Positions 42,906-54,833 of a DNA stretch of 64,000 nt are shown piece by piece. This DNA comes from Paraspadella gotoi (taxonomy: Eukaryota; Animalia; Chaetognatha): NCBI GenBank assembly GCA_051294375.1, contig CM119269.1, positions 19,567,936 to 19,631,935 on the forward strand, given 5' to 3'. A program made the position numbers and the translations under genes. Under the pieces are notes generated by a model that did not search any database, was not told where the DNA came from, and was given only the letters and a program-made list of their open reading frames with translations. Within the stretch, counting starts at the first letter, position 1, and every line of letters starts with the position of its first letter.

Positions 42906-44040
42906 TCTCTTCGTCTGAGGTCGAAGAAGTACTCGATTGTCACCGGGTGCTTTCGCCCCTTAAAATGTGACACGTCCTGTCAGGAATTCCGCTTCCTCGA
43001 GAAAGTCGTTATCACTCACAATTGACTAGATTGTTATTTTGCCTTGAATAGGCAGAAATTTTTCTAAGCGGATATTTTCATGGCCGCAATCTTTGTCTAA
43101 TATTATTTCTCAACTAACAAGGTGAATTTTTATATTTTTTTTTAAAGGAAGAAAAAAAAACGAATTGGCTTCTTTCATACTATCGCTACTTTTTTAGTCG
43201 CTTTACAAATTATTCCAAACTACAAATTTACCTTTTTTAAACTAATTCTGTCATCCCGAAATCACCCTTTGTGAACAATATCTATCTCGATGGCCGATAT
43301 CCTATTTGTTGTATTTTTAAATATTCGAAGGAGAAATATTATACATAACCCTTAAATATTATATTATATTATATTATATTATATTATATTTAACCCTCAA
43401 ACCAAAATCCATCTTCTGTTCTAAATCCAAATTTCAAATGCATCTTTGTCATTCTTTAATCCTCTTCCCACCCCCACCCTGAAAAAAAAAAAGAAATAAT
43501 ACAAAATCGCGACCCACAACAAAAAAATACTCCTCCCCCCCTACGACCCCCTACTATGAATCCGTCTGAAATGGCGCCGTTCACAAAGCCTTCTCACACT
43601 ACCCTCCTTTAACGTTCACGAAGATGACGCCGCTAAGGCGATGAATCATCACCGACGTCGCGTACCTGCGATGGCGCGGAACGATAGGCGCTCATTTTCA
43701 TTTTATCGCCACTTCGTTCCCGTTTTATCACCAATTTCTTATCGTTTTATCAATACTCGATCTTGTTATACCGTTAAAACTTGAAACGTTTTTACCCTTT
43801 CTTCTACAAATTTAAATTTCAATACAACTTGTGTTGTATCAAACAAATAACCAAACGACCAACCTTCAGACCGACCGACCGACTTACCGACAAACTTACG
43901 TAGAAACAAGTGAACTGGCAATTCACTAATTGATCCAACGAGTTATCGAACCGAAACTAAAAAAGACCTTGAGCTTCACGATGATAATCATTGTACAGTA
44001 ACTAAGATTTAACGAAAAAATTGTTACGTTAAACTTATAG

Positions 44041-44380
44041 ATGAAATCGTTGGAATTCGTCGTCTTCGTCGTCGTCATCGTCGCAATTTCTGTGGCGCCG
44101 CTCGACGGAAAATCCTTTGCTAAGGTTCGCGCTTTAATTTATCTATTAAAATCGATTTCGCATTTAAAAATTGATTTGGACTTTCAAAATTTATTTGTAC
44201 AATTATGAATTATTTTTACTAGTATTTTTTAAATTGTTTATTAAACAATGTTTAAGTTCTTTTTTCATTTTTTCAGGTGGAATGAAATGGAAAGGGACAG
44301 ATCGGACTCTGCTCGGGAGTGGGAAACGTTCTTTTGGTAACGATTATTAAAGGAAATTAAACGTCTCTCTCTCTCTCTCC

Positions 44381-44412
<32 letters not shown>

Positions 44413-44912
44413 GTCTCTCTTCTCTCTTTGCGTGTATTTATATTAAGCGTATTCACTTATTAATTCAGTCACATAGAATAACAAAGACAGTTTGGATCCC
44501 CTTTGGGAGGTGGGAACATTCTCCTTGGTTGTGGTGAGTGATTTATTCTTTTCTCTCTCTGCTCTCTCTCTCTCTCTCTTCTCGTCTTCCTCATCGTTCT
44601 CTCGTCGTCTCTCTCTCTCTCATATATGAATTTACAAATCTCTTCCAGCGTGAAAATTTTCGGCGAGTCCGACTCGACGATCCCAATGGAGTTGGAATTA
44701 ATCTTGGAAAGAGGGTAAGAAGATTTCATCCGCTTGTGCTCCTTTTACTCCGAACTAATAAAACTGGTTTTTAAAACTTGTATACAAACTGAGAATAATA
44801 GAACTTAAATAAAGAACGTCATTATAAAATTTTCATTATACAATTGATTTTCAGTTTCCGCAGTTCGATCGCATTCAACGAAAACTTCCCTAAAGGCAAC
44901 GCTGGCTTCTAA
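44041..44912 (+). CDS. Neuropeptide precursor, orcokinin-B/pedal-peptide-like (5 exons, frameshifted in this assembly)
   Basis: Exon 44041-44124 encodes signal peptide MKSLEFVVFVVVIVAISVAPLDG. GT-AG exons 44277-44336, 44469/77-44533, 44649-44714 and 44855/64-~44912 carry, allowing single-base indels, DSLGSGNVL, RQ.LDPLGGGNIL, RLDDPNGVGINLGKR and FDRI, with basic cleavage sites. Confidence 0.6.
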
Positions 44913-46015
44913 GCACTATTCGGAAGAATAACAAGAATTTTAAAAATTATTGTTAACCTCAAAGTTAACAACATTGCGGTAAACCTTAAAATTAAATTTC
45001 GGACTTTTCGTTATGGTTTTGTTTATTATTTTTCTCTTTTTAAAATTCCAGGTGGAAAAAAAAAGTAGTTTACGAATATGTACTGTTCACTTGATCCATT
45101 TCATTCACATTATTCGTATGAACAGTGAACAACTTGCAGTGTCAATGCTGCATTCATCCGAATCCTTTCGGGGCCATTTTGCCCAGAATTTGCCAAACGC
45201 GGATCAGGTTAAATGGATTTTATGCAGATGCGATGTTTTGCTGGTTGTTGTTGTTGTTGTCCTTTGTTCTCGCTCGGCTCAGTAAGGATCGCCTCGCTGT
45301 TTTCAAAGTCAAGTTGACGATCGGCGATGAGACGAATGAACAGCGGATTTTGTAATTCGTAAAAAAAAGGGAAAAAAAGAAGGAAGAATATCGGAAACAT
45401 TTTTTATTCGATCAAAAAAAATGAAAAGAAACTCAGAGATAAGTCAAATTTTGTAATGATATATAGCAAGGAGAATGGAATTTGGTAACGATTTTGCTAA
45501 CCTTAACTTTAACGCCACCGACCGCACCTCGCTCGCCCTATTATGTAGAAATCAAGACCTGAGACAGGGGAATGCGTATGTCGTCGTCGGTCGTCGTCAT
45601 CTCTTCGTCGTCGGCGGCGAAAGTTTGGTTGTTTCCGCAATTTAATGAAAACCAGTTTTTTTGTTCCTCTTTTTTTTCTGCAATAAAAAAAATTTTGAAA
45701 GAAAAACGAACGAAAAGCGAATTTAGGAGAGAAAATGGAATCGAGATGACAAGAAGATGACACTGACTGACGGAGAAACGTCGATGGCTGACATGAGGGA
45801 GGAATAGGTAAGCTACAAGAGAGTAAAGACAATGCGAAAGCGAAAAATCATTAACGTTGAAGAGTATAAGTAAAAAGGCAAGTACGAATAGTAAGGTATT
45901 TTTAAAGAATGCAGATGAATATGGAATTAATTTTTTCTAACTTATGTTATTTAATCTTCAATACTATAATGAAATCAGTTAGGCAGCTTTACTCAGGCGT
46001 CGAATGGGTACATAA

Positions 46016-46643
46016 AGCATAGTAAAAAATTATTATTTAACTTTTTGATTAATTAATTTAATTAAAATTATAAAAGTGAGGAACCGAACAACCATTATAA
46101 TCTAATGAACAATTTCTGTATGAAAATGTATTTAAATTTTACAATTGCTCGGCTAGGCTTATTTATACATAGTACTAATCAATAAATGGTAAAAATTTCA
46201 AAAATAAGTTTTTGTAAGATTTTTTTTTGCTGATTTAGATTCATCATGAAAACTTGATGATTAAGAAAAATATAGACTCTTTTTTAAAATTGATGTCATT
46301 AAATGGTCAAATATGCAAGCAGAAAAACCTATATTTTAGCTAAATTTTAGCATGTTAAATATAGTTTTTTATAATGTTTTAACGGCTACTTAATGAAAAG
46401 AATTTTTAAATGAATTATATTTACTTTTATCAACTTTTGACACGAAATTCAAAATCTGCAATCAAAAATTGAAGAAAAGCCTATTGTTGAAATTTTTGAT
46501 TTTATAAGGATGGTACTATATATAAATATAGCCTTACTGCGAAAATAAAACTATAATTTTTTTTTTTACAAACATGTTACTAAAATATAAGAATGTTTCA
46601 TGATTGATTTTAGATTTTTCGTAACGTTAACTTTCACTACGCT
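46016..46643. mobile_element. AT-rich foldback MITE, copy 2
   Basis: AGCATAGTAAAA...TTTCACTACGCT TIRs; shares blocks (cattataatctaatgaacaattt; gtactatatataaatatagc) with 29592-30292. Confidence 0.8.
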
Positions 46644-47541
46644 CTAGATGGGGAACTTTGGAATAAAATTAGCAGGGTTTTTTTTTCTAATTAGAGTCAT
46701 ATTGCGAAAACCTAAACTATCGATGTCGGTTAAGGAGATGAAGGGAGTCAGCCCAAAAACGTTGACGGAAAAATCTGAGCTTTGCTATCTGAAACGTCCT
46801 TATCCAGTCTGAACAGACTGTTTCAATTTTCAACTTCCTTACCTAACGCCATAATGTTTATATATAAACGCCAATTTTTTAGTAATATAGACCATCTTAT
46901 ACGCCCTGGATTGCTTTCTCTCAAAGTTAAAACTCAACACATAAACTCCCTCAGGCCGGGTCCAAAAGTATTGAAAGTAACATTTAAAAAAAAGAAAATT
47001 TTAGCAAGATAAGTTTTTATAAGATAGGGTGTAAGTTTTCACTGCTATATGAATTAAAACAATTCCAATGGAAGAGATGCATTCTCGATAGAGAAGTAAC
47101 GCTCCTTCTTTCATACAATCCAAGCATGTAACTTGTAATTGTTAATTTAGGTCTCGAGATATAAGCTTGAAAAGATTTTAACTGCTAATGACTGTAAAGA
47201 AAAACAGTAAAGTTTATCCAGTAAAATATTAAAATAGTTGCTCTGTCTTTGTACATAACTAAAAACTCATAATCTGAAAAGACTTTAAAATGTTTTGAAA
47301 AATCTTTGCTTTATGTTGTTAAGGTCACGCAATATATCAGAAAAAAAATATTTTCTGACAGCTAGTAAGTAAAAAAATTGCTGAGTTTTGAAATTGTGTT
47401 GGAGGGCGGGAAATTCGCATCAACGGACATTTAAAAAGTTATTGAGTCAACATCATTGAGCATCACCGCAACAGTTGCAGAAGGTAAATTGGATAGATAG
47501 AAAGAAGTCTTTCCTATTTATTTAATTTATATGGTTTATTC

Positions 47542-47903
47542 ATTAGAAAAGAAGTTTGAAATTATTTCAATAACGATTTTATATTTCAGAGAAAAACGTA
47601 CATGGTGTTTTCGGCTTTTTGTTCAAGCCTTCATCAGCGTTAATTGATATGTGAAAGAAAAGTTAAACAAATCTGTGGAAAAGAAGGAGAGAAAGAGAGA
47701 GAGGGCAAATATTGATTAAAGAAAGTGGTCAAATGGTGGAGGAGAGGCTAACAGGTGAGGACAGATTGAGTTAGTTTTGAAAAGAAGTGAAAATGGTAGG
47801 AGGACAAATCAAATTAACGCTGATGAAGGTGAACAAAAGCCATGTCCGTTTTCTGCGTAAAAAAATAAAATCGTGTTGAAATAATTTCAAAACATCTTCT
47901 AAT
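47542..47903. mobile_element. Inverted pair of Penelope-like pLTR fragments nested in the TTAA element
   Basis: ~100-bp inverted arms 47542-47648 and 47808-47903; each has a hammerhead core, followed by AATAAA (right arm) or ATATAAA (left arm). Confidence 0.7.
47595..47641 (-). ncRNA. Minimal type-I hammerhead ribozyme
   Basis: AACG-CTGATGA-A-GGCTT-gaacaaa-AAGCC-GAAA-ACA-cca-TGTA-CGTT: stem I AACG/CGTT, stem II GGCTT/AAGCC, core CUGAUGA and GAAA (one extra A). The sister copy at 47816-47850 has GTC but has lost GAAA. Confidence 0.75.
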
Positions 47904-50900
47904 TCTACAGACACCAATGAAAGAAGAAAGGATTATAAACACATGGATGTTTATCATAGTACATTCATATTCATATTCATGATGCAAGTTCTAAAATAAA
48001 GGCGTAATCGGTAATATAAAAAAAAGTTTAACATATTTTTATTTTTAAGGTGGTCCACTATTAAAGAGTCACGTGATCAAATTACATGGCCAGAAAAAGC
48101 AAACACTTGAGCTTGCCGGTTCTTGATTCATTGGTAGTAGATTAATATTTTTCTTTTCAGTGCGAAAGAGTGAAAGAGCGATTAATTGGTGCTGCAATGA
48201 AAGTCTTGGTCCCCTCAAACAATGCAGGGAAAAAATATAACAGAATTGTGACTAATGGAATTAAAAGGTATTGAAATACTGGAATATTCTAAAATGAGAA
48301 AATTATGTTTATTGACAAGAATCTTTTATTTTATCAAGGAGCATAAAAATCATTGTGTTGTTACTTACTGGAAGATCATCGACTGCAGGACCCAAAGTTT
48401 TTTGTGGAGGAGATTAAGAATATGCTGGCAGCTGTAACTTTTATGTTATCAAAATATCCTAATCTCTTCTCAAGAGGATATTTCAAAAAAACAATCAAGT
48501 TAAATATTGCTAGCAGATGCCAGAAAATTATTGTTTTTAAAAATGGTAATTATTTCTTAGTAATAAAGCTTTGGTGATTTTTGTATGCTTCTCTCGCAAT
48601 GCTCGGAAGCATAAAATTAATGAGATTACTCCATGTTGACTTACAAAAATTTTGAGTGCGCCTGAGGAGTATAACGCGTTTAACTAGTAGCTCATGCAGG
48701 AATGACGCCTAATTTTTTTTTAAAATCTGATGAAATAAAAATTCTTTGTAAAGAAAAAAAAAACTTTTTTGAAGGTCTCAAGTTTTAATGCGTATTTCTT
48801 AGCTTAACCGTCTAAAGAAGATAAGAATGACCCTGATCCAAAGTCTGAAAGTTATTATTCCGAAATTTGATCATTGACCTTTAAGTTCTCGTCGAAAAGA
48901 TAACTATAAATTACTTTAAAACAGATTTTTAAGAGGCATTGGTGCTATGGCTGAGTTCCTATGAAGCCCTTAAAATCTTTCTCGTTAGAAGATCGTGGTT
49001 TTCCTTACCGAGATACGACGAAAGACGCGACCAGAGAGAAAAAAAATAACCATAAAAGTTAGTTTTTTCTTCTTCTTTTTTTTTAAATTTAGGGATTTCA
49101 CGACGAAAGAATTAGCGACTTGGGAATATTAGCGTTTTAGCTGCAAAGTTCAGCTCCACAGAAAGGTATAAACATTGGAACGATGTTAAGCAGGAGAGAA
49201 AATTATATTATTTTTCTTTTAAATTTGTTTTTTGCGTGCAAAGATAGTTTAAAATATGACAGCTTGACATTTCCGGATGTTTGTTGTTACAATTGGCCGA
49301 AAGTGAATGTTAAACGTTTCCTATTTCAGTGCCTCTCTTGCTCTCTCTCTGCTGTCTCTCTCTCTCTGTCTCTCCGTTCATCTCTTCTCGTTCTCTTCTC
49401 GCTCTCTTCTCTGCTCTCTCTCTCTCTCGAACCGCTCCAGTCACATACATTTGCCCCCCCCTCTTCACCTCCCTCGTCTCTGAATCTCGTATCAGGATTT
49501 ATCAGATCGCTTTCCCTTAAATATTCTTTTCTATTTCGTTAATTCGATAACCCCCAAAAGAAAAAGGAGAAAAAAGAAGGGAAAGAAAAAAAGAAAAAAA
49601 ATCGACCGGGCGGACGAAATGGATTCTTATTTTCTGCCTCCTTTTTTGGGCGCTCAGAAAACCGCGGTATCGAGAGATCGAGAGAGAGAGCAGATGTGAG
49701 AGAATGAGAGGAAAGCAAAGGAAAGAAGATGAGTAGGTAATGATAAAGAGAAGGAAGAGAGAGAGAGTAATTGATGAGAAGAGAGAGTAAATGAGTCTAA
49801 AAGATGAACCGAAGTATGATGAAAGTAAATGAAGCGTGCATGCGCATAGAACCATACAGGGCATAAGAATTCTCCTAAGCTTTTCCAGGCCATCACGTAC
49901 TCGCCTTACACAACAATAGATTGAAAAAAAGATGTGGATGACTGTCTGCGTAAAGTAGTGGATACAGTACTTGTTTTGATATTAAAAATATACTCTTCTG
50001 TTTTTAGTTGCAACTAACGAGTTAAGAATTACTTAGTTTGGATATGGCAGAGGATTACATTCACGCTAGCGGAAAGACTCTTTTCGATCCCTTAAGCGTC
50101 GGCAAATGACCACGAGGTACAAGTCGTCTATGCTAATCTCAAAACAATGATGAAACAATGAGTAAATAATGTTAAGGAAAAGCGATCATGGACAAAAACG
50201 TAATAACGACAACCTTGGCTAAGGACCAAACTGGCCGAATTCGATTCGCTGGCAAAGTGCGATGCAGCGTCTTGGTGACGCTGCGTGGCGGCTACTGTCT
50301 TTGGCCGCTGGGCTTCTCTGCTTCTGACAACTGATCGTACTCGGTCCTCGGTCCGAGATAAACGGAGAAAGTGAGAGAAAGGCAGAGTGACCCGAGCGAG
50401 GCAAAAGGAGGACAGGGCCCTCTTCTTCTCTCTTCGTCTGCCGGCTGAGACGAAGATTACGCGCCTTTCTGCCTCACTATCTTTTTTTTATTTCTGCTCT
50501 TCTTTCTTTCTTCTTCTTTTTCTCCTTCATTTCCTTCCTTCCTTCCTTTCCGTTCCTCTTGTTCATTCATGTCATTCGAACATTCATTCATTCATTCCTG
50601 GACATCCATTATCTCTTCCTGCCATTCCTTCTTCCTTCCGTTCCCTTCTCTTCTCCTTCCGTTCTATTCCTTATTCTCATTATCATTCACATCATCATTA
50701 TTCTCTCATTCATTATTATTCATTAATTCATTCACTCCTTCTTTCTTCCTTCTTTCCGCTTCCTTTACTTTTTTTTCTTTCCTTTCCTTTCCTTTCCTTT
50801 GCCTTTCCTTTCCTTTCCTTTCACTTTCGCTTTCCTTTCTTTCCTTTCGTTTCCATTTCCTTCCATTTCCTTCTAAACATTTATTCCGCTTTCCCTATTT

Positions 50901-51247
50901 TCTCACTTCTTTAATTATTTTATATAAGATTATTTTCTACTCGTCCCATTCCTAACAAGTCTAAGGATAGTAAAGGAATAATTTTGATAAGGAATTGTTA
51001 TTACAAGAAGTTAAATTGCAGAAAATTTTACAATAACTATTTATGCTGCCAATGGATAGAAAGATTACAAAAAGGAAAATTAACAATTATTCATTATAGT
51101 TTTCACCGAATAAGAAATTATTCAGCCTCAAGATACTCTTTGTTTGCTTCGTTTAAGTAAATTTTCCATTTTCACTTAATTAGCAGCAATCGCATCACAT
51201 TCGCAAATCCGGTCATAATTATTTTTACGAGTCTAGAATTGGTTCCG

Positions 51248-54200
51248 CTAGACCCACCCGCTCCCCCTCTTCTTGCCCTTGGCCATCGTCTTGTGCAACG
51301 ATTAAAGCGTTCGTCGCAACTGTTAAACAAACGGGAGAGAGTTTCGTTAGCTCAAGCGTTTTGTTCAAGGTTTCAATCGTTAAAGGCACAAACGACTTGT
51401 ATAAAATTAAATGTTAACCTTCAAAATATTTATTTCACTCGGCGGTTCACTTCCACGCGTCATTTTACCTTCCGATCGTCGAAGCATTTCGCGCCTTGGG
51501 AGATTTTTCGGCGCCCTGATGGACCTTTTTTTCTTTTCGAGGGTCTTTGCATTTCGCCGTCTTTCCCGGCATTTGGTAGTTTTCAGAGCACGAACGAAAG
51601 AGACGATATGGACGCCTGTGAGGCTTGGGACGGCTTTTGGTGCATGCTCCGAGTGTCGCATGGGGCGTCTATCGGTTTTTCCAATCAAAAAGAAGCATGT
51701 TGTTATCTTTTTTTGATCTTTTTTATCGTTTTTAACATCAGAATAAATGTCACTAAGTCTATCGAGCACTGGGTCGATTCTCCTCTATCTCTCCCCTCAA
51801 GAAATTGCCCGCACTGCACCCCGTAATCACCCCCCGAGAAAAGGTTCTCGGCCCGCGAACCCTTCTCTTCTTCCGCGCGGCGGAGGAGGCGGCATCTGTC
51901 GAACGATTGTCCGTTCTTTGTCGTTGTCCATCGTCGTCCTTTCCTTCGGCGGTCAGACACAAAACGTCGTCGTTGTTTTTGATCATCAGATTCCTTCGAC
52001 GGACCCTTGAGCAGCAATTAAACTTTGCGGCAGAACAGCAGCAAGAGCTAACGGCGAGTTGTCTGATCAAATGCTAAACGAACCTTCACTGCGACTCCTT
52101 GGAAGTTTCCGTCACTTTTTCGATTCTTGCAACGAAGCGCGATGATGACTGTCGACGATGACGAGACGGCAACTTGGGATTCTGAGGAGAAATTTTCGGT
52201 TCATATCACGAGAAATTGTCAGAAGAAACTGAGGAGCGGCCTCCGAATACATCAATCCCAACACTGCTTTGCAAGCTGAGCGCGATACAAAGTTGGATAG
52301 ACTTACCCCGCCCTTAACTGACCTTAACTCTATTTCTTGTTTATGTGTGTGACAGAACTGTTGGTTTGTTGACGATGGAGCGTGGAGTCTGAACCCATCG
52401 AGGATTCACCTTCTGCAGATTTTTCGGTTCAGTGAAGGGGCAGTCTGGAGCGGCTGCTCTCGGTCGACGGGAGGCAAGTGTCTCCACTGGAGCCTGAAAG
52501 AGCAGTTTCATTCGATGAGGCTGAGTCGACGGAGGTTACGATTGCAAGTTCGGCTGGCTGGGTTGCAGGAGGTGTGGTGCACTGGAGGCTGGCTCTCGCT
52601 CTCGCTTCTCGTGCATATGAGGTCGCTTATTTGTTTAACTGTTGAGGTGTTGATAAGAACGGGTCGCGCGGCTTATTTGTCAACAGAGACGTCTTCTGGC
52701 GTTGGTAACTGTTATGCCCCGCTCTTCCTTTTGGAATGCGACTGATTATTCGTCCTTGTTGACAACTGGCTGGTTTTCTTTGTCGGGTTGTCTCTGCTAG
52801 TCGAACTGTGGATTGCCTGTGGATTCTGTTGATTTTTTTTTCTGATTTTCCGACCGGGTTGGGCTGCTGATTGTCCGCGCTCTGAATCGCCTCGTGTCGT
52901 CGTCTGTTTGGGTGCATTGACTGGCGATGCCTCCTCGCGTCCTTTTTGCGTTTTTCCGAACTTCGAAAGAAAAAAACGTACAAAATTTTAATCGCCAATT
53001 TAATTCTAGTCGATTAACCTACGTTAGAGAAATATAAGTGATGAGCAAAAGTAACAGAAGCTTCGAGGCTGGGCATCGTCTGCTTACTCTGGGCATAGAA
53101 GGCGGTTTGATTGGCTCAAGCAAAGCTCATCGACATTGCCTTGCTCCAAATGTCTCTGTCGCGCTTGATCTGACGAAAAAAAATCATATCGTTAAATATT
53201 CATGGTGTAAAAAATGATAGATTAATTATTTATTGTTGCAAGTATTTTTACTCAGATCGAAGGCCGCTTGTGTTCGACTAAGTTGGGGATGTCCGGCAGA
53301 GCTGAGATTGGCGTCTGGCCGCGATCAAACTCATTAGAAGACGCGGTCTTCCAAATATGCAGCGTGACATGGTATAAAGTAGATAGGTATTGTATATGTC
53401 CTAAAACTAAAGACAAATACACATGAAATGTACGTGAGTTGAATATAATCTATGGAGGACTAAAGATCCACACAGGAAGTCACGTTCATGTGCAGCGGCA
53501 TTGGTGCCGGAGGGCAAGTCAGCTTCGCCTACCAACTCAAAGGTGCGCGGGAATTCTCACGAACCGGATGGGCCGCCTAGCAGTTAAGAGGGACGGGGCA
53601 ACTTAAACGCCGCGCTGTAACATGGTGTTACAGCTGATCCGAAGCTCAGGGACTGCTTAACTGAATGGTTTCTGTCACTAACCATAAGCCAATAATTACT
53701 GTCTCTTCAATTGTGACTCGACTTCGAACACAACAGCAGAGCAACAACATTTTCAGGGCATGCCTCAACCTGGCGATGGCACTTTCCGCCAAGGCCGATA
53801 ACAAATCAGGCGACATGCCTCAAACTTGGTGAAGCGCACTTCCACCAACAACTACAATTCACTGAAGAAATGCCTAAAACAGACTTCTGCGCTTCGTGGG
53901 AGGGGGGGTGTATGGTGAACTAAAATCCACCAACTGCGTTGATAGGCGGCGCTTAAGGTATGGGAGGCGTACGGCATGCAGCGACCATTGGTGCGCAGTG
54001 GCGCAAGTCATTCGCCCCCAACCCAGAAGGTTCGGGGTTCTACGCGCGGTGGCCGCTGAGCAGTTAAGAGGGACGTGGCGCTTGGACCGCCTGGAAACCA
54101 TGGTGTTACAGATGCCTGATCGCGAAAGCTCAGGGAGCTGCTTATTGAATGGTCCGTCACTAAACTCATAACAATAATGTACTGTCCTCTTCAAGAATCG

Positions 54201-54675
54201 AATAATCTAACCAACCTTTTGGCAGAACCAAATGGTGCTTGTTCACTGCGCGAAGAAATTTTGCCTGGCGACTATGATCTAACGAAGCGGTTAGACTGAC
54301 CCAGGAGACTATTCGACATTGCTTGGCTCCATATGTCTTGTTTGGATTGGCCTCGGAGGAATGAAAAATTTTAAAATGTATAAACTGAATTGTACGTCAC
54401 ATGTTATCTATATTATTTGTGAATATCACAATCATGTTGTCCTTGTAATGACCAGATTGCTGGTCGTCCGCCCTGATTTGGGCGACGGACGACGATGCTG
54501 CAACCGGACTGAGCCAATGAGACGTACATCGTCGATGCGTTCTCCTCAAAGGTCTGGATTTTTGGAAAGGAGAAGTATAATGAGACAAATTTACGCCCCA
54601 TCCAAGCTTTTGATTCAAAGGGTTCCAGAGCGGATCGTCACTGAATCGCGAATTCTATTGGTGGACCAGATTTTG
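51248..54675 (-). CDS. Copy 1 of the DxW-repeat gene (indel-corrupted, cut by a gap)
   Basis: Colinear with 57196-60410; many frameshifts. Confidence 0.6.
53495..53657 (+). ncRNA. tRNA-like head + twister ribozyme, copy A (indel-noisy)
   Basis: AGCAGTTAAGAGGGACGGGGCAACTTAA...CTGTAACATGGTGTTACAGCTGATCCGAAGCTCAGGGACTGCT; counterpart of 59329-59479. Confidence 0.7.
53981..54142 (+). ncRNA. tRNA-like head + twister ribozyme, copy B (indel-noisy)
   Basis: Counterpart of 59753-59902; A-box-like TGGTGCGCAGTGG is visible. Confidence 0.6.
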
Positions 54676-54700
54676 NNNNNNNNNNNNNNNNNNNNNNNNN

Positions 54701-54833
54701 TGATATTAAGAAATATAACTCTTTTTTAAAAATTATGTCATTAAATTGGTCAAATATCAGAAAAACCTATATTTTAAGCTAAAATTTTACATGTTAAATA
54801 TAGTTTTTATTAATTTTTAACCTACTTAATGAA
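54701..54833. mobile_element. Foldback MITE fragment between gaps (duplicate of ~46255-46397)
   Basis: Matches the centre of MITE copy 2. Confidence 0.8.

Larger units (their letters stand above)
46734..48969. mobile_element. 2236-bp non-autonomous DNA transposon with TTAA TSD (Kolobok-like)
   Basis: TTAA at 46730-46733 and 48970-48973; ends GGAGATGAAGGGAGTCAGCC...GGCTGAGTTCCTATGAAGCCC. The empty site tcgatgtcg-TTAA-aatctttctcg is at 55243-55266. RR...YY termini fit Kolobok rather than piggyBac. Confidence 0.8.
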
